This document shows, one piece after another, positions 1-9,264 of a stretch of DNA of 33,131 nucleotides; position 1 is the first letter of the stretch; every line of letters begins with the position of its first letter. This DNA comes from a virus. The stretch is from IMG/VR virus record IMGVR_UViG_3300017773_000067; one strand, written 5' to 3'. Position numbers and translations under genes: made by a program. The notes beneath the pieces were generated by a model. The model was given only the letters and a program-made list of their open reading frames with translations. It made no database searches and had not been told where the DNA came from.

Positions 1-72
1 AAAAGTTTAAAAACTTCGTATGAAAAATTAAAGATTCTTGAAAAAAAACTTATTAGTAATAAAATATGTTAG
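1..72 (+). CDS. Duplicated 3' end of the 97-aa ORF annotated at 32787..33080 (partial, lies in the terminal repeat)
   Basis: Same sequence as 33009..33080, ending in the same TAG (70-72). This is a linearisation artefact, not an independent gene. Confidence 0.6.
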   Translation, partial: KSLKTSYEKLKILEKKLISNKIC

Positions 73-123
73 AAATCAACTAAACTTACCTGTTGAATAT
101 AAAAAACAAAGTAGAGAAATTTA
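1..123. repeat. Left copy of a perfect 123-bp direct terminal repeat (identical to 33009..33131)
   Basis: Bases 1-123 (aaaagtttaaaaacttcgtatg...gtagagaaattta) match 33009-33131 base for base by direct reading. The repeat boundary falls inside an ORF, which suggests arbitrary linearisation of a circular assembly rather than a biological end. Confidence 0.95.
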
Positions 124-132
124 TAATAATTA

Positions 133-1320
133 ATGCAAATAGAACATTTACACGTTAAAACACTAATACCTTATGTAAATAATGCTAGGGAACACTCAGA
201 GGAACAAGTAGATCAGTTAGCAGGGTCAATTAAAAAGTTTAAATTTAATGTTCCTGTATTAATAGATAAAGAAAGAGGAATTATTGCAGGGCATGGCAGA
301 GTGTTAGCAGCTAAAAAATTAGGTTTAGAAACAGTTCCTTGCATAAGATTAGATCATTTATCAGAAGTAGAAAAAAAAGCATATATTATTGCTGACAATA
401 AAATAGCAACTAATTCAACATATAACAATACGATACTTGGATTAGAAATAGAATCATTAAAAGATTCTGGAATTGATTTAAACATATTAGGGTTTAATGA
501 TAAAGAACTTAATATATTGTCAAATCCAATAAAAGGTTTAACAGATGATGATGAAGTTCCAGAAATACCTGAAGAACCAGTAACAAAAGAAGGTGATATA
601 TATGAACTGGGAGATCATAAAATTTTTTGCGGTGATTGTAGGATCGTAGAAAATGTAAATAAACTAATGCTAGACAAAAAGGCAAACATGGTTTTGACTG
701 ACCCTCCTTACGGAGTAAATTATAATAAAAAAAATGAGCATCTTAATAAAAGATTTGGTGGCAATAGAATAACCAATTACATGGAGGCGGATGATACAAC
801 CGATTTTAAATCATTTAGTTTTGATTTTATTAAAAATTTTAAGTTAACAGAATATAATACAATTTATATATGGATAAACGGAAAAAACGCTTACGAACTT
901 TGTGACAGCATGAGGAAAAATAACATTCGCATAGCTTCGCAATTAATATGGTTAAAAAATAATCACGTTTTAACTAGGCAAGATTATGTAAGTAAATATG
1001 AAATGTGTTTTTATGGATGGAAAGATAAACACAAGTTTTACGGAGGATTTTCAACCGATGTTTTGGAGTTTGATAAACCATTAAAAAATAAATTACACCC
1101 AACAATGAAACCAATAAAAATGATGGAAAAGTTAATTAGAGATGGAAGTGTTGGAAAAAATATTGTTTATGATGGTTTTTTAGGCTCTGGGAGTACGCTA
1201 ATTGCATGCGAGAAACAAGATAGAGTTTGTTACGGTTTTGAATTAAACCCCATTTATTGCGACGTAATTATTAAAAGATGGGAAAATTTTACAGGAAAAA
1301 AAGCGAAGTTAATTAATTAA
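133..1320 (+). CDS. ParB/Srx N-terminal domain fused to an N6/N4 DNA methyltransferase (beta-class motif order)
   Basis: The N-terminus has a ParB-like signature (IPYVNNAREHS...IIAGHGRVLAAKKLG...VPC). The catalytic motif IV is present (VLTDPPYG). The AdoMet-binding motif I lies near the C-terminus (DGFLGSGSTLIACEK). The gene sits directly upstream of the terminase genes. Confidence 0.9.
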   Translation: MQIEHLHVKTLIPYVNNAREHSEEQVDQLAGSIKKFKFNVPVLIDKERGIIAGHGRVLAAKKLGLETVPCIRLDHLSEVEKKAYIIADNKIATNSTYNNTILGLEIESLKDSGIDLNILGFNDKELNILSNPIKGLTDDDEVPEIPEEPVTKEGDIYELGDHKIFCGDCRIVENVNKLMLDKKANMVLTDPPYGVNYNKKNEHLNKRFGGNRITNYMEADDTTDFKSFSFDFIKNFKLTEYNTIYIWINGKNAYELCDSMRKNNIRIASQLIWLKNNHVLTRQDYVSKYEMCFYGWKDKHKFYGGFSTDVLEFDKPLKNKLHPTMKPIKMMEKLIRDGSVGKNIVYDGFLGSGSTLIACEKQDRVCYGFELNPIYCDVIIKRWENFTGKKAKLIN

Positions 1321-1336
1321 ATCGGAGTTATAAAAG

Positions 1337-1678
1337 ATGACAAGTGTGAGCGTAGGCAGACCACCTCATCAAGCAACAACTGAAAAGCAAACAATGGTAA
1401 GAACATTGGCGGCAGTTGGTATTACGCATGAGGACATAGCAGGTAAACTAGAAATATCAGCAGATACTTTAGTAAAGTATTATAAAAAAGAATTAGCTGA
1501 TGGAAGAATAGATGCTAATGCTCAAGTAGCCAAAGGTTTATTCGATCAAGCAAAACAAGGTAATACCTCTGCAGCTATCTTTTGGTTAAAGACAAGAGCA
1601 GGTTGGAAAGAAACCAATGTAAATGAGATAACAGGGGCAGATGGTCAACCTGTTAGCATAAAAATTGTTGGAATATAA
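1337..1678 (+). CDS. terS: Terminase small subunit (HTH-type)
   Basis: 113 aa, immediately upstream of and overlapping terL. It has an HTH-like segment (GITHEDIAGKLEISADTLVKYY) and the C-terminal AAIFWLKTRAGWKE motif typical of small terminases. Confidence 0.75.
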   Translation: MTSVSVGRPPHQATTEKQTMVRTLAAVGITHEDIAGKLEISADTLVKYYKKELADGRIDANAQVAKGLFDQAKQGNTSAAIFWLKTRAGWKETNVNEITGADGQPVSIKIVGI

Positions 1679-2918
1679 TTTAGAAATACCTAAAAAGTTA
1701 TTACCACTTTTTAAACCTAAAAGATTAAAAGTTTTACATGGTGGTAGAGGTTCGGCAAAGAGTTGGTCTGTTGCCAGAGCAATAATTATTAGATGTTTAC
1801 AGCAACAAACAAGAGTTTTATGTGCCAGAGAAACGCAGAAATCCATACAGGAGTCAGTACATAGGTTATTAAAGGATCAAATTACAATAATGGGAGTTCA
1901 TGGAAGTTTTGATATCCAAGAACAGAAAATTATAGGGAAAAATGGTTCGGAAATAACGTTTATAGGTATAAGACAACAAGGTGTAGCAAACCTTAAGTCA
2001 TACGAGGGAACTGACATCTGTTGGGTAGAAGAAGCACAGGTAGTAAGTAAAAAATCATGGGATATTTTAATTCCAACTATTAGAAAAGAAAAATCAGAAA
2101 TATGGATAACTTTTAACCCAGAACTTGATACTGACGAAACTTACACTAGATTTGTAGTAGACCCACCAGATGATTGTTGGGTTTGTGAAATGAATTACAA
2201 TGATAATCCTTTTTTTCCAGAAGAGTTAGAAAAAGAAAGGGTGCAATGGCAAAAACGTGATCCTGTTGGTTATAAAACTGTTTGGGAGGGAAAGTGTAGA
2301 CCAACAATTGAAGGTGCAATATATACTCAAGAAATACAGGATATTTACAGCGAAAGTAGAGTTAGAAGCATACCTTATGATCCTCAGTTGTTAGTTCATA
2401 CTGTTTGGGATTTAGGTTGGAATGATGCAATGGCTATTATCTTTTGCCAAGTAGCATCTTCAGAAATTAGAATTATTGATTTTATAGAAGATTCGCACAG
2501 AACTTTAGAAAGTTACGTTAAAGAGATTGAATCAAGAGATTGGCATTGGGGTACAGATTATTTGCCACATGATGCGCATCATAAAGATTTTAAGTACGGT
2601 AAAAGCACAGAAGAAATGATGTCAAGTATGGGCAGAAGTACTTATATTTTAGGCAGAGGAGATGTTGAACAAGGCATTATTAAAACAAGAATGACTTTTC
2701 CTAGAATATGGTTTGATAAAGATAAAACAATAACATTAATTAATCATTTGAAAAGATATAGAAGAAGTATTAACTCTGCAGGTGAACCAACAAATCCATT
2801 ACATGATGAGCATAGCCATGCTAGTGATTGTTTGCGATACCTTGCAATGGCTGTTGAAATGATGTCTAATGAAAAATGGAGTGTTTTACCTAAATCAGAT
2901 ACAAGGTGGGTCGTATGA
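1665..2918 (+). CDS. terL: Terminase large subunit (PBSX/Terminase_3-like)
   Basis: Walker A is present (HGGRGSAKSWS) with a Walker B-like ICWVEEA. The C-terminal nuclease half carries acidic motifs (VWDLGWNDAM, LPHDA). The start must be TTG (1665 or 1668) because no ATG precedes the P-loop. It overlaps the terS stop. Confidence 0.9.
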   Translation: MLEYNLEIPKKLLPLFKPKRLKVLHGGRGSAKSWSVARAIIIRCLQQQTRVLCARETQKSIQESVHRLLKDQITIMGVHGSFDIQEQKIIGKNGSEITFIGIRQQGVANLKSYEGTDICWVEEAQVVSKKSWDILIPTIRKEKSEIWITFNPELDTDETYTRFVVDPPDDCWVCEMNYNDNPFFPEELEKERVQWQKRDPVGYKTVWEGKCRPTIEGAIYTQEIQDIYSESRVRSIPYDPQLLVHTVWDLGWNDAMAIIFCQVASSEIRIIDFIEDSHRTLESYVKEIESRDWHWGTDYLPHDAHHKDFKYGKSTEEMMSSMGRSTYILGRGDVEQGIIKTRMTFPRIWFDKDKTITLINHLKRYRRSINSAGEPTNPLHDEHSHASDCLRYLAMAVEMMSNEKWSVLPKSDTRWVV

Positions 2919-2999
2919 TGTTATTTAAACAGGGGATTGATCCTCAAATAAAATTAAAAGAGTTAGAAAAAAGAATCTTAGAGTTGGAGCATAAACTAA

Positions 3000-5000
3000 A
3001 TGGACGATCACAGACTCAAAGCAATAGTCGATCAAGAAATAAACGCAGCAATCGGGTACATAGAGAGCGAAACAACAACACAGAGACGGAAATCTCTGGA
3101 GGCTTATCTCCGAAAACCTTATGGAACGGAAACTGAAGGCAGGAGCAGTATTGTAACTGGTGAAGTTGCAGAGGTAGTTGATGGTGCGTTACCTCACTTG
3201 ATGAGAATATTTACAGCTAGTGATAATGTAGTTAAATTTGAGGCAAAGAATGAAAATGGAGAAAAAACAGCAGAACAAGCAACTCATTTCTGTAATTGGG
3301 TCTTTAATACGCAAAATGATGGATTTGGTATCCTTCACGAAACCTTTAAAACAGCCTTACTCCAAAAAGTCGGAATCTTCAAAGTCTACTACGAAGAAAA
3401 GGACACCACGAAAAAAGAAAGCTACAAGGGTTTAACAGAAAGAGAATTAGCATTATTACTTCAAGATGATACAAGGGAAGTAGTAGAACAATCAAAAGAA
3501 GAAATTCAAGTTGAAGAGTTAGGACCAGATGGAATGGCTTTGCCACCATTGGTTAAGTATGATGTAGTGGTTAAGAAAAAAGAAAGTGTTGGAAAAATAC
3601 AAATAGATTCTTTACCACCAGAAGAGTTTTTAATTAGTAAAACAGCAAAAACAATTGAAGATAGCCCTTTTGTTGCGCATAGAAAACTATTAACTAGAAC
3701 AGATTTAATTTCATTGGGTTATGATGCAGAGGTTGTAAATAATTTGGCAGCCTATGATGAATTATCTTATACACCAGAACGCAATGAAAGATACAGCCAA
3801 GGCGAACAACCTTATGAGATGGATTCCCTTGATAGGGCAATGCAAGAAATAGAAATCTATGAATGTTATATATACGTTGACTATGATAAAGATGATGAAG
3901 CAGAGTTAAGAAGAATAGTATATACGTCAAATGAAATACTAGAAAATGAAGAAACAGATTATGTTCCTTTTCACAGTATTTGCCCTTATCCGTTGCCACA
4001 TAAGTTTTTTGGTCAATCATTGGCAGATAGAGCAATGGATATACAAGAGCAGAAAACAGCAATAACAAGATCAATTTTAGATTCATTATATTTATCATTA
4101 GCACCAAGATTAGGAGCGGTAGAAGGACAGGTTAATTTAGATGATTTATTAAATCTAAGTGCAGGTGGTGTTGTTAGAATGAAAACACCAAATGCAGTCG
4201 TTCCAATGACAGTTCCACAGGTTAGCCAAGGTGCGTTTCCAATATTAGAATATTTAGATAGCGTTCAAGGTAAAAGAACTGGAATTACAGATAGTATGCA
4301 GGGATTAGCACCTGATGTTTTGCAAAATGTAACTGCTGCAGCGATTGCAGCATCTACAAATGCAGCTACAGGTAAAATTGAACTGATAGCTAGAATATTT
4401 GCTGAAACTGGAATAAAGAGTATGTTTCAAGGTATTTTGCAATTATCAGCAAAGTACATGGATAAACCAAGAACAATTAGGTTAGCAGGTAAATATATTG
4501 AAGTTGATCCGAGAGAATGGGAAAATCAATATGATATTAGTATTAATGTTGGATTAGGAACTGGAGATCAAAGACAGCAAATGGCATTACTTCAAATGGT
4601 AATGGCAAAACAAGAAGAGATTATTAAAGGATACGGAACAAGTAATCCTTTAGTTAGTGTAGGTCAGTATCGCAATGCTTTAGAAAAGTTTATTGAGTTA
4701 TCTGGTTACAAAGATGCAAAACAATTCTTTAGAGAAATACCGCCAGAAATAGATCAAGCATTATCGCAACCAAAACCTAAACAACCTGATCCATTAGTAA
4801 GTGCAGCAATGCAACAAGCACAGGCACAATTAATGTTAGATAAACAAAAAGCAGAAGCAGATATTGCTTTGAAGAGGGAAAAAATGATGGCAGATTTACA
4901 ATTAAAACGTGATGAAATGATGGCTGAATTAGAATTAAAGAAACAAGAATTATTAGCTGAAACTCAATTAGATCAACAAAAAGCAATGATGGGTAGATAA
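3000..5000 (+). CDS. Portal protein
   Basis: 666 aa, directly after terL. The ATG is preceded by an in-frame TAA. A long C-terminal coiled-coil tail (QQAQAQLMLDKQKAEADIALKREKMMADLQLKRDEMMAELELKKQELLAE) recalls portal barrel helices. Confidence 0.8.
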   Translation: MDDHRLKAIVDQEINAAIGYIESETTTQRRKSLEAYLRKPYGTETEGRSSIVTGEVAEVVDGALPHLMRIFTASDNVVKFEAKNENGEKTAEQATHFCNWVFNTQNDGFGILHETFKTALLQKVGIFKVYYEEKDTTKKESYKGLTERELALLLQDDTREVVEQSKEEIQVEELGPDGMALPPLVKYDVVVKKKESVGKIQIDSLPPEEFLISKTAKTIEDSPFVAHRKLLTRTDLISLGYDAEVVNNLAAYDELSYTPERNERYSQGEQPYEMDSLDRAMQEIEIYECYIYVDYDKDDEAELRRIVYTSNEILENEETDYVPFHSICPYPLPHKFFGQSLADRAMDIQEQKTAITRSILDSLYLSLAPRLGAVEGQVNLDDLLNLSAGGVVRMKTPNAVVPMTVPQVSQGAFPILEYLDSVQGKRTGITDSMQGLAPDVLQNVTAAAIAASTNAATGKIELIARIFAETGIKSMFQGILQLSAKYMDKPRTIRLAGKYIEVDPREWENQYDISINVGLGTGDQRQQMALLQMVMAKQEEIIKGYGTSNPLVSVGQYRNALEKFIELSGYKDAKQFFREIPPEIDQALSQPKPKQPDPLVSAAMQQAQAQLMLDKQKAEADIALKREKMMADLQLKRDEMMAELELKKQELLAETQLDQQKAMMGR

Positions 5001-5893
5001 TGTTAGAAGAGTTAAGAAAACTTAGTTATGGCATAGCAAGAGGGGTACCACAGGCTGCAACAGGGTTTGTTGATTTGGCTGCATTGCCTTTGACTTTATC
5101 AGGAATGATAAAACCAGAAGATGTAGTTGGAAGCACAGATTATTTAACAAAATTAGGACTTTTGCCTAAACCAGAACAAGGTTTATTGCCAGAAACAACA
5201 GAGTTAGTTTCTTCTTTACTAAGTCCTGCAGGAGCAACTAAAGCTGCGTTAGTTGGTACAGGTGGATTATTAGGTGATGCTGTATTAACAAGTGGAGCAT
5301 TAGAAAGATTACCACCTCCAGTAGGTTCTATTAATCCTAAAGGGTTACTTTCAAATGAATTTAATTTAGAAAAAGATATGCCAATAAAAAAATCAAATTT
5401 GGTAGATTCCGAAGTTTTGAGCAAAAAAGAAGCCGATTTTGAAGATATGGCTTTTAAAGGAGATGTAATACAAGCTAGATCAGAAGAAGAATCTTTAGAA
5501 AGTTTATTTACAGACCCAAACGTAAAAGCACAAAACATTGAAATAATTGGTGATAATAATCCTTTAGGCTTTGATTACGAATCAGGAGATTTAGAACAAA
5601 AATTAAATGCTGCAGGGTTCAGTTATAAAGATGACAGAATGGGGAGTTTAATTATTGGCAAATCTAAAGATGATGTAGAAAAATTAGAAAAAGCGTTGAA
5701 AGATCAAAATGCGTATAGTTTAGGAAAAATGTATGGGTATTCGGAAGAAGATATTGCAGCGTTTTATAAACAAAAATATGAACTTCAAGGATTACCAGCA
5801 TTTAAATATTTTGTGCAAGATAAATTTAAATTTAATAACCCAAAAACAAAATTAATTAAAAACAAAAAATTAATTGAGTTATTGGAATATTAA
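5000..5893 (+). CDS. Hypothetical head-module protein
   Basis: 297-aa ORF coupled to the portal stop by a TAATG overlap. I recognised no motif. Confidence 0.7.
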   Translation: MLEELRKLSYGIARGVPQAATGFVDLAALPLTLSGMIKPEDVVGSTDYLTKLGLLPKPEQGLLPETTELVSSLLSPAGATKAALVGTGGLLGDAVLTSGALERLPPPVGSINPKGLLSNEFNLEKDMPIKKSNLVDSEVLSKKEADFEDMAFKGDVIQARSEEESLESLFTDPNVKAQNIEIIGDNNPLGFDYESGDLEQKLNAAGFSYKDDRMGSLIIGKSKDDVEKLEKALKDQNAYSLGKMYGYSEEDIAAFYKQKYELQGLPAFKYFVQDKFKFNNPKTKLIKNKKLIELLEY

Positions 5894-5957
5894 AGGATAA
5901 GATAATGGCAATTGAAGATAATTTATCTTTTAATCAAGGATTACTAGGAACAACATA

Positions 5958-6719
5958 ATGGCAACAGAATTTGAAGTAGATCAGTTATATCAAGAAGTAT
6001 TAGGTCGTCCTTTTAATGATGGCTTTGATATTTTAAATACTTTTACTACAATGACACCAGAGGAAGTTAAAAATTATTTAACACAATCTCCAGAAGGTCA
6101 GTTTCAAAGTCAATTTCTAAGTGAAGTTGGTAGACCACTAACAGATGCCGATAGGTATTTTTATATGGATCAGGCTCAAACAGGTAATTACGGAGATAGT
6201 AACGCAGATGGCTTAGTGAATATTTACGATATTTTGTATAATATTGCTCAAAGTGATGAAGCACAAAGATTTGATGCACCAGTAGTTGTAGATCAACCTG
6301 TAAATGTTGTAGATCAAACTGCTATTGATGCAGGATTTTCTTCGCCTGATTTTTCTGTACCAGATTTAGTTTCAGCAATCAATCCAAATGCTCCAACAGT
6401 TCCTTTACAAATTACAGGTGGTTCGCAAATTTTACCAACACCATTACCTGCTAACCCACAATTTTATGGAGTTGACCCAATGACAGGATTAACAGGGTTG
6501 TTATCTAGTGAAGCAAATCCAATGTTTAGATCAGGGGTTGCAGGATTTACAGATGTGTTACCTTATCAGTTTGAATTTGGCATACCTGCAGTAACAAGAA
6601 ATGTGCCTTATTTTAGTCAAACTGGAGCAGAAGATTTTGTTGATGTAGCAGAGGCAAAACAAATTGAACAAGCAGAAACAAATAAATCAACTTCAACAAC
6701 TAACCCTAGATTTGCTTAA
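5958..6719 (+). CDS. Hypothetical head-module protein with a DUF4214-like N-terminal motif and one dockerin/EF-hand-like Ca-binding loop
   Basis: QLYQEVLGRPFNDGFD resembles the LYxxxLGRxxDxxG motif of DUF4214. GDSNADGLVNIYDIL fits the DxNxDGxVNxxD loop. Confidence 0.7.
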   Translation: MATEFEVDQLYQEVLGRPFNDGFDILNTFTTMTPEEVKNYLTQSPEGQFQSQFLSEVGRPLTDADRYFYMDQAQTGNYGDSNADGLVNIYDILYNIAQSDEAQRFDAPVVVDQPVNVVDQTAIDAGFSSPDFSVPDLVSAINPNAPTVPLQITGGSQILPTPLPANPQFYGVDPMTGLTGLLSSEANPMFRSGVAGFTDVLPYQFEFGIPAVTRNVPYFSQTGAEDFVDVAEAKQIEQAETNKSTSTTNPRFA

Positions 6720-6946
6720 TGACACCAGAAGAAGCAAAAGAACTTTTAACAAAAACTAAATTTAAAGAAGAAGTTGAAGGATTAATATTATTAAAATTAG
6801 AAGCAATAAAAAATTCAGAAACTTATCAATACGAAGAACGCGAAACTTTATATCAAAAAATTAAAGCATTAGAAGAGATTATGAATCATTTTGAATCATT
6901 ATCTGTTACTAATAAAATAAAGGCAAAGAAATTATTTTTTACATAG
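6719..6946 (+). CDS. Hypothetical small protein (75 aa)
   Basis: TAATG-coupled to the upstream gene, helical/charged composition, lies between head genes. Confidence 0.6.
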   Translation: MTPEEAKELLTKTKFKEEVEGLILLKLEAIKNSETYQYEERETLYQKIKALEEIMNHFESLSVTNKIKAKKLFFT

Positions 6947-6958
6947 GAACTTAATAAA

Positions 6959-7990
6959 ATGAACGAAACTGTTACCGAAAACAAAGGCATAGAATCGTTG
7001 GGTACAACCCAAGCTGCAGAAAAAATCTATGGTTTAATGAATGACAATCAAGAGACATCTCAGGATCAACCTCAAGAACAGTCAGCAGAAACCAATGAAG
7101 TTGAAACACCTGTAGCAGAGGTTGTTGAAGAAGAAGTTGTAGCAGAAGAGCAACAAGAAACAGAAGCTACTGATGATAATGAAACCATAGAAGAAGAAGC
7201 ACCAGAAGTTCAAACTTTTAGCGTAAAAGCAGAAGGTGAAGAACATCAGGTTACTTTAGATGATTTGGTTAAAAACTATCAGTTAGAAGCCAATGTTAGA
7301 AAAAAAATGGAAACTCTTGCTCATGAAAAGAAAGAAATTGATGGGATTAAAACAGACTTACAATCTAAGGTTAAAGACTTAGATCAAGTTACAAAAACTC
7401 GTCAAGAGTATGATGCAAGACTTCAACAAATAGATCAGTTTTTATCACAGCAAAAGGAAGATTTAACAGGCTTAAAAGAATCCGATCCTGTAGCTTATGT
7501 GACGAAACTTGCAGAACAGCAAGAAAGAGAAAAACAACAACAGCAAATCCATGCCGAGAGAGTGAGGCTTGCCCAAGAGCAACAACTTCAAAATAATAGG
7601 TTAATGGAAGAACGTCTAAAAGTTGAAAGAGTGCGTATAAAAGAGAGAGTTCCAGAACTTGCTAATCCAAAAACAGCATCAAAATATCAAGATGAGTTAA
7701 GAGATTTTGCAAAAACTTATTTTGGATTTACTGATGAAGAAATTCCTGTGGCTGTTTTTCAGCATGATAGTAGGTACGCCGAAATGCTACATGGACTTTA
7801 TCAATTAAAAAAGTTACAAAAAACAATTCCTAGTTCTATTAAAAAGGTTAATAAAGCACCTAAAATGATTAAAGCAGGTGTTAGTCAACCTAGAGATGAT
7901 AAAAGAATTAGGGTAAACAAACTTAAAGACAGAGCAAGACATACTGGAAAAATTAAAGATGTCGCTGCTGTTTTAGAAAAAATTATTTAG
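6959..7990 (+). CDS. Putative scaffolding protein
   Basis: Immediately upstream of the major capsid gene. It has a strongly acidic N-terminus (EEEVVAEEQQETEATDDNETIEEEAPE) followed by long Gln/Glu/Lys-rich coiled-coil-like sequence. Confidence 0.6.
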   Translation: MNETVTENKGIESLGTTQAAEKIYGLMNDNQETSQDQPQEQSAETNEVETPVAEVVEEEVVAEEQQETEATDDNETIEEEAPEVQTFSVKAEGEEHQVTLDDLVKNYQLEANVRKKMETLAHEKKEIDGIKTDLQSKVKDLDQVTKTRQEYDARLQQIDQFLSQQKEDLTGLKESDPVAYVTKLAEQQEREKQQQQIHAERVRLAQEQQLQNNRLMEERLKVERVRIKERVPELANPKTASKYQDELRDFAKTYFGFTDEEIPVAVFQHDSRYAEMLHGLYQLKKLQKTIPSSIKKVNKAPKMIKAGVSQPRDDKRIRVNKLKDRARHTGKIKDVAAVLEKII

Positions 7991-8002
7991 GAGATTTAAA
8001 AA

Positions 8003-8965
8003 ATGGCAACATTTTCAACACATAGTGCAGTAGGTGAGAGAGAGGATTTACAAGATGTAATATACTCAATTTCTCCAACTGATACCCCATTTATGAATAG
8101 TGTAGGACAGGGGAAAGCCACAGGAGTTTTGCATGAATGGCAAACTGATAGCCTTGCTTCAGTTAACGTTGGTAATGCAGCAGTTGAGGGAGCAGATGCT
8201 TCAACAGCAACATTATCTGCAACTACCAGATTATCAAACCATTGTCAGATCAGCGAAAAAACTATTTCTATCAGTAGAACTTTAGAAGCAGTAGATAAAG
8301 CAGGTCGCAAGAGTGAGGAAGCGTATCAACTTGCAAAAGCAGCAAAAGAGATCAAGAGAGATATGGAAGCAATTCTTCTTTCTAATCAGATTGCTAGTGC
8401 AGGTGGTTCTGCTCAAGTTCGCCACTTAGGTGGAGTTCAAACATGGATTGAATCTAATGGTGTATTTGCTTCTGCAGGTATAGCAGGTTCTATTGGTCTA
8501 ACAGCGAGAGTTGATGGAACAACAGACGGAGCAGAAAGAACATTTACAGAAACATTACTTAAATCTGTAGTTCAATCTGTATATACAGCAGGTGGTGATC
8601 CTTCGATGCTTATGGTAACTCCTGCACATAAACAGACTGTGAGTGGATTTGCAGGAATTGCAGCACAGAGGTACATGGCTCCATCAGATCAACCGACAAC
8701 AATCGTTGGTGCAGCAGATGTTTACATGAGTGATTTTGGAACAATATCAGTTGTACCAAATCGATTTATGCTTTCATCTAATAGTGCTGATGATATTGCT
8801 TTGGTTCTCGATCCAGAGTTTTTAGAAGTAAATTATTTGAGGAACTTTAGTACAAATGACCTTGCTGTGGCAGGAGACCAGTCCTCTAAAAAGCAACTCG
8901 TTGCTGAGTACACTCTGGGAGTTTTAAATGAAGGCGCTCAAGGAATTGTTTCAGACCTTGCGTAA
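8003..8965 (+). CDS. Major capsid protein (HK97-fold, SU10/epsilon15-like family)
   Basis: The N-terminal signature GEREDLQDVIYSISPTDTPFMNSVG...HEWQTDSLA is characteristic of this capsid family. It is 320 aa and follows the scaffold candidate. Confidence 0.85.
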   Translation: MATFSTHSAVGEREDLQDVIYSISPTDTPFMNSVGQGKATGVLHEWQTDSLASVNVGNAAVEGADASTATLSATTRLSNHCQISEKTISISRTLEAVDKAGRKSEEAYQLAKAAKEIKRDMEAILLSNQIASAGGSAQVRHLGGVQTWIESNGVFASAGIAGSIGLTARVDGTTDGAERTFTETLLKSVVQSVYTAGGDPSMLMVTPAHKQTVSGFAGIAAQRYMAPSDQPTTIVGAADVYMSDFGTISVVPNRFMLSSNSADDIALVLDPEFLEVNYLRNFSTNDLAVAGDQSSKKQLVAEYTLGVLNEGAQGIVSDLA

Positions 8966-9264
8966 TGGAATTTAAAAAAACCATAGTTCACAAAAATGAA
9001 AATGGTGTGGTTCTTGAAGATGTACAGGACTGCACCATAATCATTGAAAAGAATAAAAAAGAATTTAACGCTACAAAAAAAACTGATCCTTGGAGTGGTG
9101 AACCTTTTAGAAATAAAGTTGCATCTATACCTTTAACGGTATTTGATGATTTAAATAAAAAAGGAATCTTGCGTGGATTTACAGTAGTAGATGAAAAAAA
9201 GTTTCGTGCATGGTTAAATGATGCCGATAATCAATACTTTAGAACAAGAGCAGGTAAAATATAA
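8965..9264 (+). CDS. Hypothetical protein (99 aa) downstream of the capsid gene
   Basis: TAATG overlap with the capsid stop. No motif recognised. Confidence 0.65.
   Translation: MEFKKTIVHKNENGVVLEDVQDCTIIIEKNKKEFNATKKTDPWSGEPFRNKVASIPLTVFDDLNKKGILRGFTVVDEKKFRAWLNDADNQYFRTRAGKI

Noticed and set aside
93-127. TTGAAT...TATAAT upstream of the methyltransferase as a promoter
   Set aside because: The hexamers are 23 nt apart, too far for sigma70, and the TATAAT lies only 5 nt from the ATG. No CTTTACTTTTA-type core is present.
2906-3136. 76-aa ORF bridging the terL stop and the portal start
   Set aside because: It overlaps the portal gene by 137 nt in another frame, and its C-terminal half is Ser/Arg/Asn low complexity typical of an off-frame read. 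A short coiled-coil peptide encoded only in the 81-nt terL-portal gap cannot be excluded, but nothing supports it.
5894-5957. 17-aa mini-ORF (MAIEDNLSFNQGLLGTT) in the gap before 5958
   Set aside because: It is too short and featureless to support. The gap more probably just carries the ribosome-binding region of the next gene.
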